From contig OX442314.1 in NCBI GenBank assembly GCA_949358305.1, positions 27,652,001-27,716,000 on the forward strand: a DNA stretch of 64,000 nucleotides, given 5' to 3'. This document shows positions 23,176-35,700 of this stretch, in pieces. Each line of letters begins with the position of its first letter. The stretch's first letter is position 1. The stretch is from Strigamia acuminata. Taxonomy: Eukaryota. The position numbers were made by a program, and so were the translations under genes. Under the pieces are notes generated by a model that worked only from the letters and a program-made list of their open reading frames with translations, did not search any database and had not been told where the DNA came from.

Positions 23176-26100
23176 AGCTTTTGGGGCAAAGAAAAAAATT
23201 CTAACTTGTGGAAAAAGTATTATAAGAAGCGAAATCCACAATGTAAAATGATAAGCAGTCATAGAATCAGAAAAACCTCTAGTTGAAGTACTCTGTGCAC
23301 ATAATCCAGGTCTCAGAAGTTGTCTGAAGTAACAGGCTGTCCGGATGGGATAGGGAATTTAACATTGCTGGACATACTAGTAGGTTGGGTCGAGCAAACT
23401 TGTCCAGACCACACTGCTTTTCGGAGGAGCACCAGGGCCGTCTTAGCACTTTTCAGCACCCCAGGCTTAAAAAAAAAATCAGGCGCCCCTTGCCCCTTGT
23501 CATAATTAAAAAAAAATTACATTTACTATTTCACAGGCCTGTTCCTAGAGTATAATTGTAGTCCACTTGTGTTTTTTGAGCATGCTGGCACCCCACTCCC
23601 ACCCCCCTTCAAAAGAAGCACCAGTGAGCATTTTTGTGAAAAATAAATTCGAACCAAAAAATGCATTTTTGAACCTAAAAATGCTTTTTCTGACCTAAAA
23701 ATGTATTTTCGGACCTAAAAATGTATTTTCGGATCTAAAAATGTATTTTCGGGCCTATAAATGTATTTTCGGACCTATAAATGTATTTTCAGCCCTAAAA
23801 ATGCATCTTTAGAGAAAAAATGCCACCCGGGGCGTGGCGTCCATGTGTTTTACACAATATCAACAATGTGAAGGAACTGGTCTAGAAGTTCAGCTTTTAT
23901 TTGAACACTCACGAAGACTTTGTAGGAGGCACCTGGCACCCCTCTCTGCCTGGTGTTCCTCTCACCTAACGTTCCTCTTGCGCTTAAGTTGTGATTTATC
24001 TGCATACTTTTATACAGAAATAACAAAATACATGTTTACATGCATCCAACCACGTGAGGCAAACACGGGGTGTCGCCACAAATGCCACAAGGTTGTGCAT
24101 CGATTGAAATAGCACTTTTTGACTTTGGTAGAAATTTGAATTTTCCTCGTGTTCAACGTTTAGGGGTTGTTCGGGAGTCGTATAAGAGTTGTTCAGGGGT
24201 CGTTCGAAAGTTGTTTGAAGGTTATTTGAAGGTCGTTCAAAGGTCATTTGAAGGTCGTTCAAAAGTCATTTGAAGGTCGTTCAAAGGTCATTTGAAGGTC
24301 GTTCAAAGGTCATTTGAAGGTCGTTCAAAGGTCATTTGAAGGTCGTTCAAAGGTCATTTGAAGGTTGTTCAAAGGTCATTTGAAGGTCATTCAAAGGCCA
24401 TTTGGGGATTGTTCAAGAGTTGTTTGGGGGTCATTTGAGGATCATTCAAAGGTCGTTCTGGGTTCGTTCAGGGATCGTTCAAAGGTCATTTGGGGATTGT
24501 TCAGGGGTCATTCGGGAGTCGTTTGGGGGTCGTTCGAAGGTTGTTTGAAGGTTATTTGAAGGTCGTTTAAAGGTCGTTTAAAGGTCGTTCGGGGATTGTT
24601 CAGGGGTTGTTCGGGAGTCGTTTGGGAGTCATTCAAAGGTCGTTCTGGGTTCGTTCAGGGATCGTTCAAAGGTCGTTTGGGGATTGTTCAGGGGTCGTTC
24701 GGGTGTCGTTTAAGAGTTGTTCTGGGGTCGTTCGAAGGTTGTTCAAAGGTCATTTGAAGGTCGTTTGAAGGTTGTTCAAAGGTTGTTCGGGGGTCGTTCA
24801 AGGGTCGTTCGGGGGTCATTCGGAAGTCGTTCGAGGTTCGATCGGGGATCAATCGGGATTCCCCAGTAAAAGTGGACTAGTCACTAGTCCACTTTTACTG
24901 GGGATGCATATTTATATCATTTACTCTATGAGAATTTGAAAAAATGGCTCCAATTAAGGAAAACTCTTGATCCGTTTAGCACAGTGACTAGATGCACTAT
25001 CATCTTGAAAGATAACATCGTCATCACTGAACTGGTCCTCGATGCTGGGAAGAAGAAAGAGGTCTAAAACTTCTTCATAAGCTTCCGCATTAACTGTTCC
25101 TTTAATAATGCACATTTTTCCAGGTCTTTTAGCTGACATACAGCCCCATATCATTAAGCTGTGAGGAAACTTGGTTTTGCTCAGCAAACAATTGTGACCG
25201 TCAGGCCACCTGGGTGACCTGCGGCACTGCCACACACCACCATACGGCCCCAAAGGTCAACCCCTCTGTGGGTGATTGACCTAGCCCGGGGAGGAGGGAG
25301 TGGAGTGGTGTGGTGAGGAGGGAGTGGAGTGTGTGAGGAGAGTTGAGTGTTGGACACGGCCTGAGAAGGACGTGTCTGCAGCGGCTCCCAGAGAGGAGAA
25401 GTAGTCATCGAGAGGGACGAGAAGTGTCCCAGGTTGAACCCCACACTCCTCACCATTCACCACGTTGATCCTCAGTGCTATGGCGGAGTCCGTAGTGCAG
25501 CCTCCATGAGCGGATACGCGGGTCGCAGGTAAGCGCGACATGAATGTTAAGTCGAACCGACCACGTCACACATTGGACTTCTGCCCAGAGTGTGACGGGT
25601 CGGTTGCCGGTGCGGCGCGCCTTCGTGGCGCCCCTGCAACGGGTAACGGGATTCCCCATACCCCTAGACAACGACAATAAAGGCCAACCAACCAATATTG
25701 TGGGAATCTCTGTTATTATTACGTGATGTATGCGTCCCTACCCAGTGTGATTAGTCCCCTAGTTACATTGGCGAGACCATACCAGTCACAATTGAGGGCC
25801 CTGTCCGAGATTTGAACTTGGAAAGTTTTTTTTTTGATCCGCCATTTTGTTTTGCCTTGTGCTCAACCCTTTGTTTCATTGTGGTTAGCTTTTTGTCTCA
25901 ATTTTATCGTTGTCACGTATTGTTTTACTATTTGTTTCAGGTTTTGTTGCATTTTGCTTTATTTTTTGGCGGGGGTCAATTGTATTGTTTTCCATTTTTC
26001 TTTGTTTTGGACTTGGGTTAATTGCTTTTTTATGACCGGAATTGAAGGGGTGTTCTGTTTACCACTTTGGGTCCTGGTGGGTTTAGTTGTGGGAGGCGGG

Positions 26101-28332
26101 GTGCTTTTTCGTTTGAAGGTTGTTGAATTGTATTTTTCTCAGTGCTGGTGTGGTTGGGGCTCTGAAATTAATTTTTTCAGACGCACTGCAACCAGCCAAA
26201 ACATTGTGATATGTGTTTCTCTAATTGGCTTTGGGAGATTTGCTCACCCCTCGGTCAGTCACAGGGGTGCATGTCACGGTGTCTTATCTTTTGTGTTTTT
26301 CTCCCCTTGTACTGACTTGACCTCGCAGTGCTTTTGTCTTTATTTTTCAATTGCACTGTGTGTCTATTTTGGTGCCGGGTTGAGAAACATTTGTTTTTCT
26401 TCGGCCACATTTTTTCCTTGGTTTGAGCTGGGTATTGCTCAGATTTTTGGGAGATTTGTGCAATTTTCTTTTGTTTTATGGTAATTTTTCTTTTTGCTGG
26501 TCTGGCTGGAATTTGTTTGACTTGTTTTTTTTGTGTTCTAATTGAGGTCCACTTTACAATGACAGTAGCCAACCAACACATTGGTCTAATACCATTCTTT
26601 ATTTTTTTTGAGGTATGTTTTGTTTGTGTGCTTGGCTTTGGCTAGAGTCGACCTGGATGTTTCCTTTAATCATCTTGGGGCGACAAAAGCTGACCAACAC
26701 ATGAGCTTGATACCATTTTTTATTATTTTATGATTTTTCATTTCTTGGTGTGCAACCTATAGAGGGAGGAACCAGTTGGGGGTGCTCAGTTTTTGTGGTT
26801 TGGGGTGTTGGAATAGATCTGTTTCATCATCTCAAGGGCAATTGAGAGTGGCTGTTGAGTGTCTTAGAGGGTCGGCACCACACCGGACAATTGGTGGATT
26901 TGGTTCTTTGATTCCTCTCTCAGGGTCGGGCGATTTGGTTCCTTTTCCGAGTGTGTTTTTTTTGGCGGGAAACGTGGTTGTGGTGTTGTTGTGGTGGGCG
27001 GGCATGCTGCTGGGTGCAGTATATCCCAGTTCAGCCCTGTGCCTCGCCCGGACGATGATAAACTAATGCGGTATATTTAGGGGAGCTCTGTTCATTACTG
27101 GCCAGAGGTACATTCCTGGTTTCAGCGGTTTGAGTAATCTTTTGAATCACAGGCGCACGTACTTCCTTGGAGCACACGGAGACTGGGTTTCCAACCCTGT
27201 CCCGGGCACTGGTGGAAGCAGTTTGGCATGATTTTGGCTTTTTTGTGTTTTTGTGGCCACTTATGGCACATTTTTGTCAATTTCGCTGCCGTTCTGTCGA
27301 AATTGGGTCTCGGATAGCGGGGAAGGCGGCCCTTGCAGGGGACTGCTTGGGTGTCGAGCCTAACGGTGTTTGCTCTCGGACCGCGCGTGGGATGTTTGCA
27401 AACACGAATTGGGTGGCTAACGGCTTTGAAAAGAGACCGTGAATCCAGCCCAACATCTTTTTTATCTTTGTTTTCAATGTGCTGTGTGTAGATCATTTTG
27501 TGATACACGCCACATTTTTCTCCTAACCTTTCTCTTATACTATTTCTACTCTATTTTCATAACCGGATTGGATTGGGAACGTGACACTCCTGGGGTGTGG
27601 ACCTAACACATCCTGGCATTGGGCCGTGTTCAACAGTACTCTGCCCGGTCTAATCCAGATTCAGTCGCCGATTTCTCTTCACTCTTTGTCTGAGGTGACT
27701 GAGTCGATTTTTGCCTCATCAGGGTTATCGCGACCTTGATGGTGTTTTGGGTGTGAATTTGGTGCTTGAGCTAGCTATGCCAAAGGAAGCCTAAGATACG
27801 CGATTTTAGCGTTTTCAGCAGGGGTTAAAACTGGTGGCAGATGTATACACCAGCGCAAAGGAAAACGTACGACCTTAGCATCGAAGCTGTGGGGCGCGAT
27901 GAGAAAATGCCACGAAAAATCGATATACGCAGTTTTTTCTACTTGGTTCTGGCGCGAATAATTTAGAACACGAAGGGAAAGACGAACCATGCATTGTGTT
28001 TGTTAGTTTGGGAGTGTCAGTAAACTTCCAGTCGCCCATTTCTATCTTCTGGGGCGTGGATAAATGCCGGAAAGGTGTTCGCCAGTTTCTATCTTCTGGG
28101 GCGTGGATAAGTACCAGAAAGGTGTTCGCTAATTTTTTATTTTTTGGGGCGTGGATTAAAAATACCAAAAAGTGTTCGCTAATTTTTTATTTTGGGGCGT
28201 GGATTAAAAATACCAAAGTTTAACCGCTAATTTTATGTTTTGGGGCGCAGAGAAAAGCCAAAATTTGTTGTTTTGATTGTTGTTCAATAATTAAAACTAT
28301 CTTGTAATAATTTATTATGTTTTATTCTTTAT
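23176..28332 (+). repeat. Local segmental duplication, copy B (includes a PEX2 fragment, Tc1 DDE piece, 5' LTR copy 25193-25790 and truncated leader)
   Basis: Near-identical to 5788-10944. Confidence 0.95.
23976..24157 (-). pseudogene. PEX2: PEX2 RING-exon fragment, copy 2
   Basis: Same sequence as 6588-6769. Confidence 0.9.
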
Positions 28333-28338
28333 TCTTTA

Positions 28339-29915
28339 AGAATCAGAAAAACCTCTAGTTGAAGTACTCTGTGCACATAATCCAGGTCTCAGAAGTTGTC
28401 TGAAGTAACAGGCTGTCCGGATGGGATAGGGAATTTAACATTGCTGGACATACTAGTAGGTTGGGTCGAGCAAACTTGTCCAGACCACACTGCTTTTCGG
28501 AGGAGCACCAGGGCCGTCTTAGCACTTTTCAGCACCCCAGGCTTAAAAAAAAAATCAGGCGCCCCTTGCCCCTTGTCATAATTAAAAAAAAATTACATTT
28601 ACTATTTCACAGGCCTGTTCCTAGAGTATAATTGTAGTCCACTTGTGTTTTTTGAGCATGCTGGCACCCCACTCCCACCCCCCTTCAAAAGAAGCACCAG
28701 TGAGCATTTTTGTGAAAAATAAATTCGAACCAAAAAATGCATTTTTGAACCTAAAAATGCTTTTTCTGACCTAAAAATGTATTTTCGGACCTAAAAATGT
28801 ATTTTCGGATCTAAAAATGTATTTTCGGGCCTATAAATGTATTTTCGGACCTATAAATGTATTTTCAGCCCTAAAAATGCATCTTTAGAGAAAAAATGCC
28901 ACCCGGGGCGTGGCGTCCATGTGTTTTACACAATATCAACAATGTGAAGGAACTGGTCTAGAAGTTCAGCTTTTATTTGAACACTCACGAAGACTTTGTA
29001 GGAGGCACCTGGCACCCCTCTCTGCCTGGTGTTCCTCTCACCTAACGTTCCTCTTGCGCTTAAGTTGTGATTTATCTGCATACTTTTATACAGAAATAAC
29101 AAAATACATGTTTACATGCATCCAACCACGTGAGGCAAACACGGGGTGTCGCCACAAATGCCACAAGGTTGTGCATCGATTGAAATAGCACTTTTTGACT
29201 TTGGTAGAAATTTGAATTTTCCTCGTGTTCAACGTTTAGGGGTTGTTCGGGAGTCGTATAAGAGTTGTTCAGGGGTCGTTCGAAAGTTGTTTGAAGGTTA
29301 TTTGAAGGTCGTTCAAAGGTCATTTGAAGGTCGTTCAAAAGTCATTTGAAGGTCGTTCAAAGGTCATTTGAAGGTCGTTCAAAGGTCATTTGAAGGTCGT
29401 TCAAAGGTCATTTGAAGGTTGTTCAAAGGTCATTTGAAGGTCATTCAAAGGCCATTTGGGGATTGTTCAAGAGTTGTTTGGGGGTCATTTGAGGATCATT
29501 CAAAGGTCGTTCTGGGTTCGTTCAGGGATCGTTCAAAGGTCATTTGGGGATTGTTCAGGGGTCATTCGGGAGTCGTTTGGGGGTCGTTCAAAGGTTGTTT
29601 GAAGGTTATTTGAAGGTCGTTTAAAGGTCGTTTAAAGGTCGTTCGGGGATTGTTCAGGGGTTGTTCGGGAGTCGTTTGGGAGTCATTCAAAGGTCGTTCT
29701 GGGTTCGTTCAGGGATCGTTCAAAGGTCGTTTGGGGATTGTTCAGGGGTCGTTCGGGTGTCGTTTAAGAGTTGTTCTGGGGTCGTTCGAAGGTTGTTCAA
29801 AGGTCATTTGAAGGTCGTTTGAAGGTCGTTCAAAGGTTGTTCGGGGGTCGTTCAAGGGTCGTTCGGGGGTCATTCGGGAGTCGTTCGAGGTTCGATCGGG
29901 GATCAATCGGGATTC
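28339..29915 (+). repeat. Local segmental duplication, copy C (of 5875-7473)
   Basis: Offset 22464, one 22-bp satellite unit shorter. The satellite continues past 29915 where copies A and B switch to the Tc1 hairpin. Confidence 0.95.
29052..29233 (-). pseudogene. PEX2: PEX2 RING-exon fragment, copy 3
   Basis: Same sequence as 6588-6769. Confidence 0.9.
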
Positions 29916-31359
29916 GATTGGGGTTCGATTGGGGTTTGATTGGGGATCAATGGGGATCAATGGGGGGTCAATGAGGAGTCAATGAGGGGTTAATGGGAAG
30001 TCAATGAGGCGTCAATGGGAAAACCAATGGATAACACAGTGCTGGACTGGCCCGGCAGGCTACCGGGAGTTTTCCGGTGGCAGGAAAGCAAGCAATTTTG
30101 GAATTTTTTTATTGGTTGTTTTGCCTGGGAAGTATTCAAAATGTCAGCCAGAGTAATTTGATCTATTTTTTGGTATCACTACACTAGTGAAATGACTGGA
30201 CAAAATGAAAAATTAGCGCACTCTTATACTCGGCCAGAGTATAGCCACGTTGAAAAGCTACACATATTTCTCGCCTAATTGTGTGGATCTGTGGTCGACA
30301 TATGTGCGTTGTCACTCAAGGCCACCTTCCCATTACCATCATCTGGGTCAAAGACATCACATCAGGACGAGCAATTCTCAAGATCCCTCCCTTTCTCCGG
30401 CAAAATCTTCATCATTCTTTCTTTCTCTTTTAATTTCCTGTGCATCTTGTTTGCATTGAAACTGACCAATTTTTATCTTGCCTTTAAAACGATGCAAACT
30501 GGATCTAAAATATCGGGATTAAACTTAGAATTAGAGAGGAGACAATGAGAAATTAATCCGCAAAATGTCTGTTGTCATTTCTTTTGGTTTGCTATTGCAA
30601 GGAAAAGAATTTGCTGTTTTTCTAATACAATTTACTTGATGAATGTTTGAATGATTCATGGCCACTAACAACACAGAACCTACAGGGCCAATCCAACCCT
30701 ACCCTGCCAGGTGGAGTTGATGGTTAAGTGACAGTGACCCTGATGACATCACATCCGGTCACAACCCCAATAACCAATGGGAAAGGTATCCTAGTACACA
30801 TGGTGCAAAAGTGGCAGTACAAAGGGTCCCACTTCTTGTTTGGACCCCAGAGTTACTTAGGAACAGCACGGTTCTCCCCAAGCCGTGGTGAAGCTTGGGG
30901 AATGTGCCGGTATGCCATTCCCATAGTCCTGGAATAACAACTGCACATGGGTTAATTCTAACCCTAACCATGTGCCATGTATGGCTGCAGGTTTGCTGCA
31001 GCAATAGCAATAGGAGAGGCATGAGATACTAACCCCTAGACACTGAATAAAGGCCATAAACAGAGTCTCTTGTATTCATTTTTATCAACGTGTCATGTGT
31101 CCAGCATTCTCGTACCCTAATAGTGTCCAGTCCGTCCACTCTCACAGATTGACGTTTGCGACTAAATTCCACTTGATTTGGCTACTGCAAGTGACAATCC
31201 GGCATTACGACAAGTTTGCAAAGCGAGAATATTTGATCCGTGGTCAAAAAACGTTTCCTTCAGTACCTTAAAATTACTGTAACCAAGGGCAATTTTTTTT
31301 GTCCACGGGTGAACAGTTACGTTGTGGTTATAAAAATCGTCCCAGTCCAGCTTAAAGCT

Positions 31360-32445
31360 CACCTGTAAAATGAGCGTTTTTGGCTGTATGCACCAGGTAG
31401 TGCAAAAACTCACTGATACATAGTGACAAATTGACATTTAAATTATGTCACTTAATCACCTTCACATGGTTTTAGATGATTGTATGATATCATTTAAATG
31501 TCAATTTGTCACAACTTATCACTAGCTGCATTCAAAAATTAAAATACTTGTGTTTTAACAATTGTAGTTTAAGTGTATTTTAAGTTTAAATTTTGAGTGT
31601 GAGAATTTTAACTCTATTTTATAAAATTGACAACATGTGAAAGCTTTAACATACATGTTTGATCACCTGATATGTAATAAATTCTCAAAACGTAGCATAT
31701 AATACTCTCCAAGTGATTAGAAAGTAGTATGCATTGTTGGAATGTTATTATTTTTAGTAAGATTTAAAATTTTTATGCCTTGCTAGTAGAAGAGAGGAAG
31801 AAATTTTAACAGAGTATGACCAACTGCCACCAGAGGTCATTGACAGCATCAATTCAAATATGGAGTGATTGGACAAGAAAGAAGAAATAATTAATAAGGC
31901 ATCTAAGTAATATTTATATCAATCTTAGTTAGAAAAATACCAAAATTTATGGTTTGAATAAGAATAATGAAAAATTAAAAAAAAAAACAATTTAAAAACA
32001 AGTTCACATGTGACATACCTATTTTCATGAAAATTCTTCAGAAATTGAAATTCAAAATTTTTGTATTTATGTTTTAAGAGTGTGTAGCACAAAAATTTAA
32101 AATACAACAGGAAGTGATGTGATAAGTTGTGAAGTGATGTCATATAACTACAGATAACATTTTAATTTGTGAGTGCTTGAATTTTAACTGAATTTTGCTT
32201 CAATTTTCATAAAACTTTGTATAGAAATGTAATGCATTACTAAACTTAAAATTGAAGTAAAATAGAGTTTTGTGAAATTGTATTTTAGTTTGTATTTTAA
32301 CCAATTTTAGTTTTATAGACAGGAAATAATGTCATTTTTGTTTTAAAATGGAACTAAAACACAAAATGTTTTAATTTTTGAATGCAGCTAGTGAGTTTTT
32401 GCACTACCTGGTGGATACAGCAGAAAATGCTCATTCTGTTAAGTG
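31360..32445. mobile_element. Non-autonomous TIR element with a nested ~100-bp hairpin insert
   Basis: AATGAGC...CACCAGGTAGTGCAAAAACTCACT is inverted at 32390-32445, and ACTAGCTGCATTCAAAAATTAAAA is also inverted. Inner palindrome GTGACAAATTGACATTTAAAT...ATTTAAATGTCAATTTGTCAC. Confidence 0.7.
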
Positions 32446-32755
32446 TTTCTGCTAATGGTTTTCTTGATGTAAATGAATGTAGAAATAAATGGACTACGAA
32501 ATGACCATTCTATTAGAGCTTATTTGCATAAGTGTTTATTCTGCAGTTTAACATAGGTGGTGCTGCAATCGTGCGGCGTCAAAAATTAACATAAATGAGG
32601 TTATACAGAATTGGAGTCTGGAACACTCCAGTCATAAGTGTAGCTACAGTATATTTATCTACGGATTGTTTCAATCAATGCAATTAGACAAATACAGTAA
32701 TAATTAGAAGGCTAGACATTTTAAGCGATTTCAGATTAAATGCTTTTGCTTTGAA

Positions 32756-35700
32756 TTAATATCTGGCATTTTTGTTTATAATTATAAACTGATGAAGTAT
32801 CTTTTGCAATAGTTCTGGAATTGCAAGAATAGAAAGGCCAAGCATTAATGCAAAAGAATTTCCAATATCACAACACAATGCAACTGGTGTGTAAGATAAT
32901 ATTTGTGTAATCTGTTCAATTATGTTATTCACTGGAATTATACCAAGAACTTTGAGTGGAAATGCTTCAGGATGTTGAAAGTAAACGTAAGAGTCAAATA
33001 TTTGTTCTTTGCAAGGTGGATGACAACCACAGTCTTTCATTACATCAACTTTTAAAGAATTGTTCATGAACAGGTGCAATGAATTAATGGCTTCTTCAGC
33101 ATTAACACAGTTATTTTTTGTATTAGTGAAAAATGGCAACCTAATGTTATAAAAATGTATTATACTAGTAAGTCCTGGGTTGAAATATTACTTTTAAAAA
33201 CTCAATTGCACTATACATATACAGTGTGAAATTAACCACACAAGTGAGACGTATTTAAGTTTCTCATACTTTGTCAATAAAATGTAAGAAAGTTATTTGC
33301 CTGTGAAAAATTACTACTCACTTGCATTGAACAGAATTATAAATCATTTTTTTGTAACAATAATCTTGGCATCGTTTGTATTTGTCAGGGTCAAGGCAAG
33401 GTCGTGCTCGCAAGTTTAATCGAACGGTCTAAATTAGAGAAAATGTTTGATCAAGTTCTATATAATAATCTGATGTATTACTTTAAGCATTTTAAATGTA
33501 ATAAGGATATAGGTGTTAGCTGTAACACTTCTTCTACTTCTGAGAATTGCTGGTATTTCAGCATCATTTTGTCGGAAGTACACCTAGAAAGAAAGAGATA
33601 ACAATTTATGGGGATAAATTAAAAAAAACCCCTAATTTTACTGAATTTCCCATTAAATTAATATTAAATTTACACCACTTTACTATATTTTCTACTAAAT
33701 ACATTTTTTCTTTCCACTAATTTAACTTAACCTAAATTAATTACTTTTTCCTCTAAAAAAGTTTATTTCAATCATACTGATTGTATCACTAAAAAATTGG
33801 TTGCATACACCATTTTCACTATTGTGCAATGAATGCCTTCGTGGCTTTCGACAATCTTCCTCGCTTGCGTTTCTGGCCCAAAGGCACGTTCTTGACCTCA
33901 CTTGGAACACTGAGGGAGAAAAAAATTTAAGTGGGAAATTCAGTAACTGGAAAATTTAATATTTATTTAGTGACTAATTTCTGGGAAATTAGGGGGGTAA
34001 TAAATGGAACCCTTTATACTCTAATAAAGTGAGTTAGTTAGCAGCTACTTTTCTACTAAACTGAATTAGTGGCTACTATTCTACTAAACTGAATTAACAG
34101 CTATTCTACTCATATCCAACTAAAGCACTTGTTAAAAGTATTAGTTGAGTCTTGATGTGCACTAATTGAAGTTGACATAAATTCTACATTACTTCAAACT
34201 CATGCTGATTACATATTTGATGTCGCAATTGTACTAAACTCAAAAATATTGCTGGGAAAGATCCTATATATTTTTGTGGAGCTACAATAATACAATTTTA
34301 ATACATATAATTTCTGTGATTTTTATAGAATGTTTAGTTACTGTATATACCGATGCTAAATTGAAAACATGTTCCAGTGGGCATAGCTATTTTCCTCCAT
34401 GAAACTCTATCATTTATTCCAAAAGGCTGCAACTATATTTATGATCAATTTTCAGTTAGATTAACACATATTTTCATTTTTCAATCGCTCTAAATTATTG
34501 GCTGGTGTCTTGATGTCACATTCACTATTCTGCTAGGATTACCAAGCTTATTGCAAGATGGTGTGTGCATAATCTGGTGGTCAAATGATATGATTCTGAA
34601 TGTTGGGTGCAATCATATCTAATCCTCGATATTGACCCCCTTTAAACAATCACTGGTGCCAAGTTTGTTTAATGTGCATAGATTAAAATTTCATTTGTTT
34701 AAAGTGCATAACATACTGGGTGGCCCACAGAAAACCGGCCCCACAATATAAGGAGGGTTACGAAGGGTGTTTCAAAAAATTTATACACGCACAAAATTAA
34801 ATATACTAGTACTGCGGCGATCCGGGTTTTTACTTATTGAATTTATATAATTTAATAAGCAATCGTCGTAGAGATGCCGTACAGGACTTCTACTCTGTGG
34901 CCAAATGTTTGTCTAGGGGAATGATTTTACACAGAGTAAAGGAAAAATTAGATAGTTTTAATTAGTTCAAAAATACACAGGAGGTATATGCAAAATAATA
35001 ATGTTTGGGGTCGATCTGGCTTCTTCTACACCAATATAGACTCACAGTCGGCCGTTGGTGTGAGCGCGGGATTTTAGCGGAGTAAACTCAACGCTAAAAT
35101 ACGCCTCTAAATATTCTAAAATCCTCGCGGAGCAAGCTCAACACGAGAATACGTCTTGCACACAGCGGTTCGATTATTACGGAGCAAGCTCGACGTAACA
35201 ATCGGTCTTTACACAAATCGCTTTGTGGAGTTAAACTCGACACAAAGCCTTCAAACTAACAGAGTAAACTCGATGTTAGTTCCACACAGAAATGGCTTAA
35301 ATTACGTGTAGTAATTCAAGCTAGAAAGTTGCTATTCCGTACAGTGGGTACAGACCAGCGATGAAACTCAATTCGTCCAAGAATCACAGATCACACTTTG
35401 CAGTTTTGGCAGAAGTTTGACACGGTTGTGAACAGTTTGGAGGTGGAATCAAGAGTGCGGGAAGAGTGGGCCAAAACCGTTTGGCTCACTTCTAAATCTG
35501 CTCAGAAAAGCTGCGCAGATGACGAGTTGCACAAAGATCACACACGGCCGCCTTCGGGTCGTGTGCAACAATTGAGCCGGGCACGCGCGAGGGGAAGGGA
35601 TGCTCCGCCCAGGCACACGCCTAGCAGCATCATCAAAGCAATGCACGCTGCAGCGCGATTGGTTGACGCTGTTGCTGGGCCAAAACTTGCTGCAAAACAC

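Noticed and set aside
30037..31141. Possible hAT-like element (CAGTGCTGGACTGG...CCAGTCCGTCCACT)
   Set aside because: The terminal match is weak, there is no TSD and no recognisable transposase.
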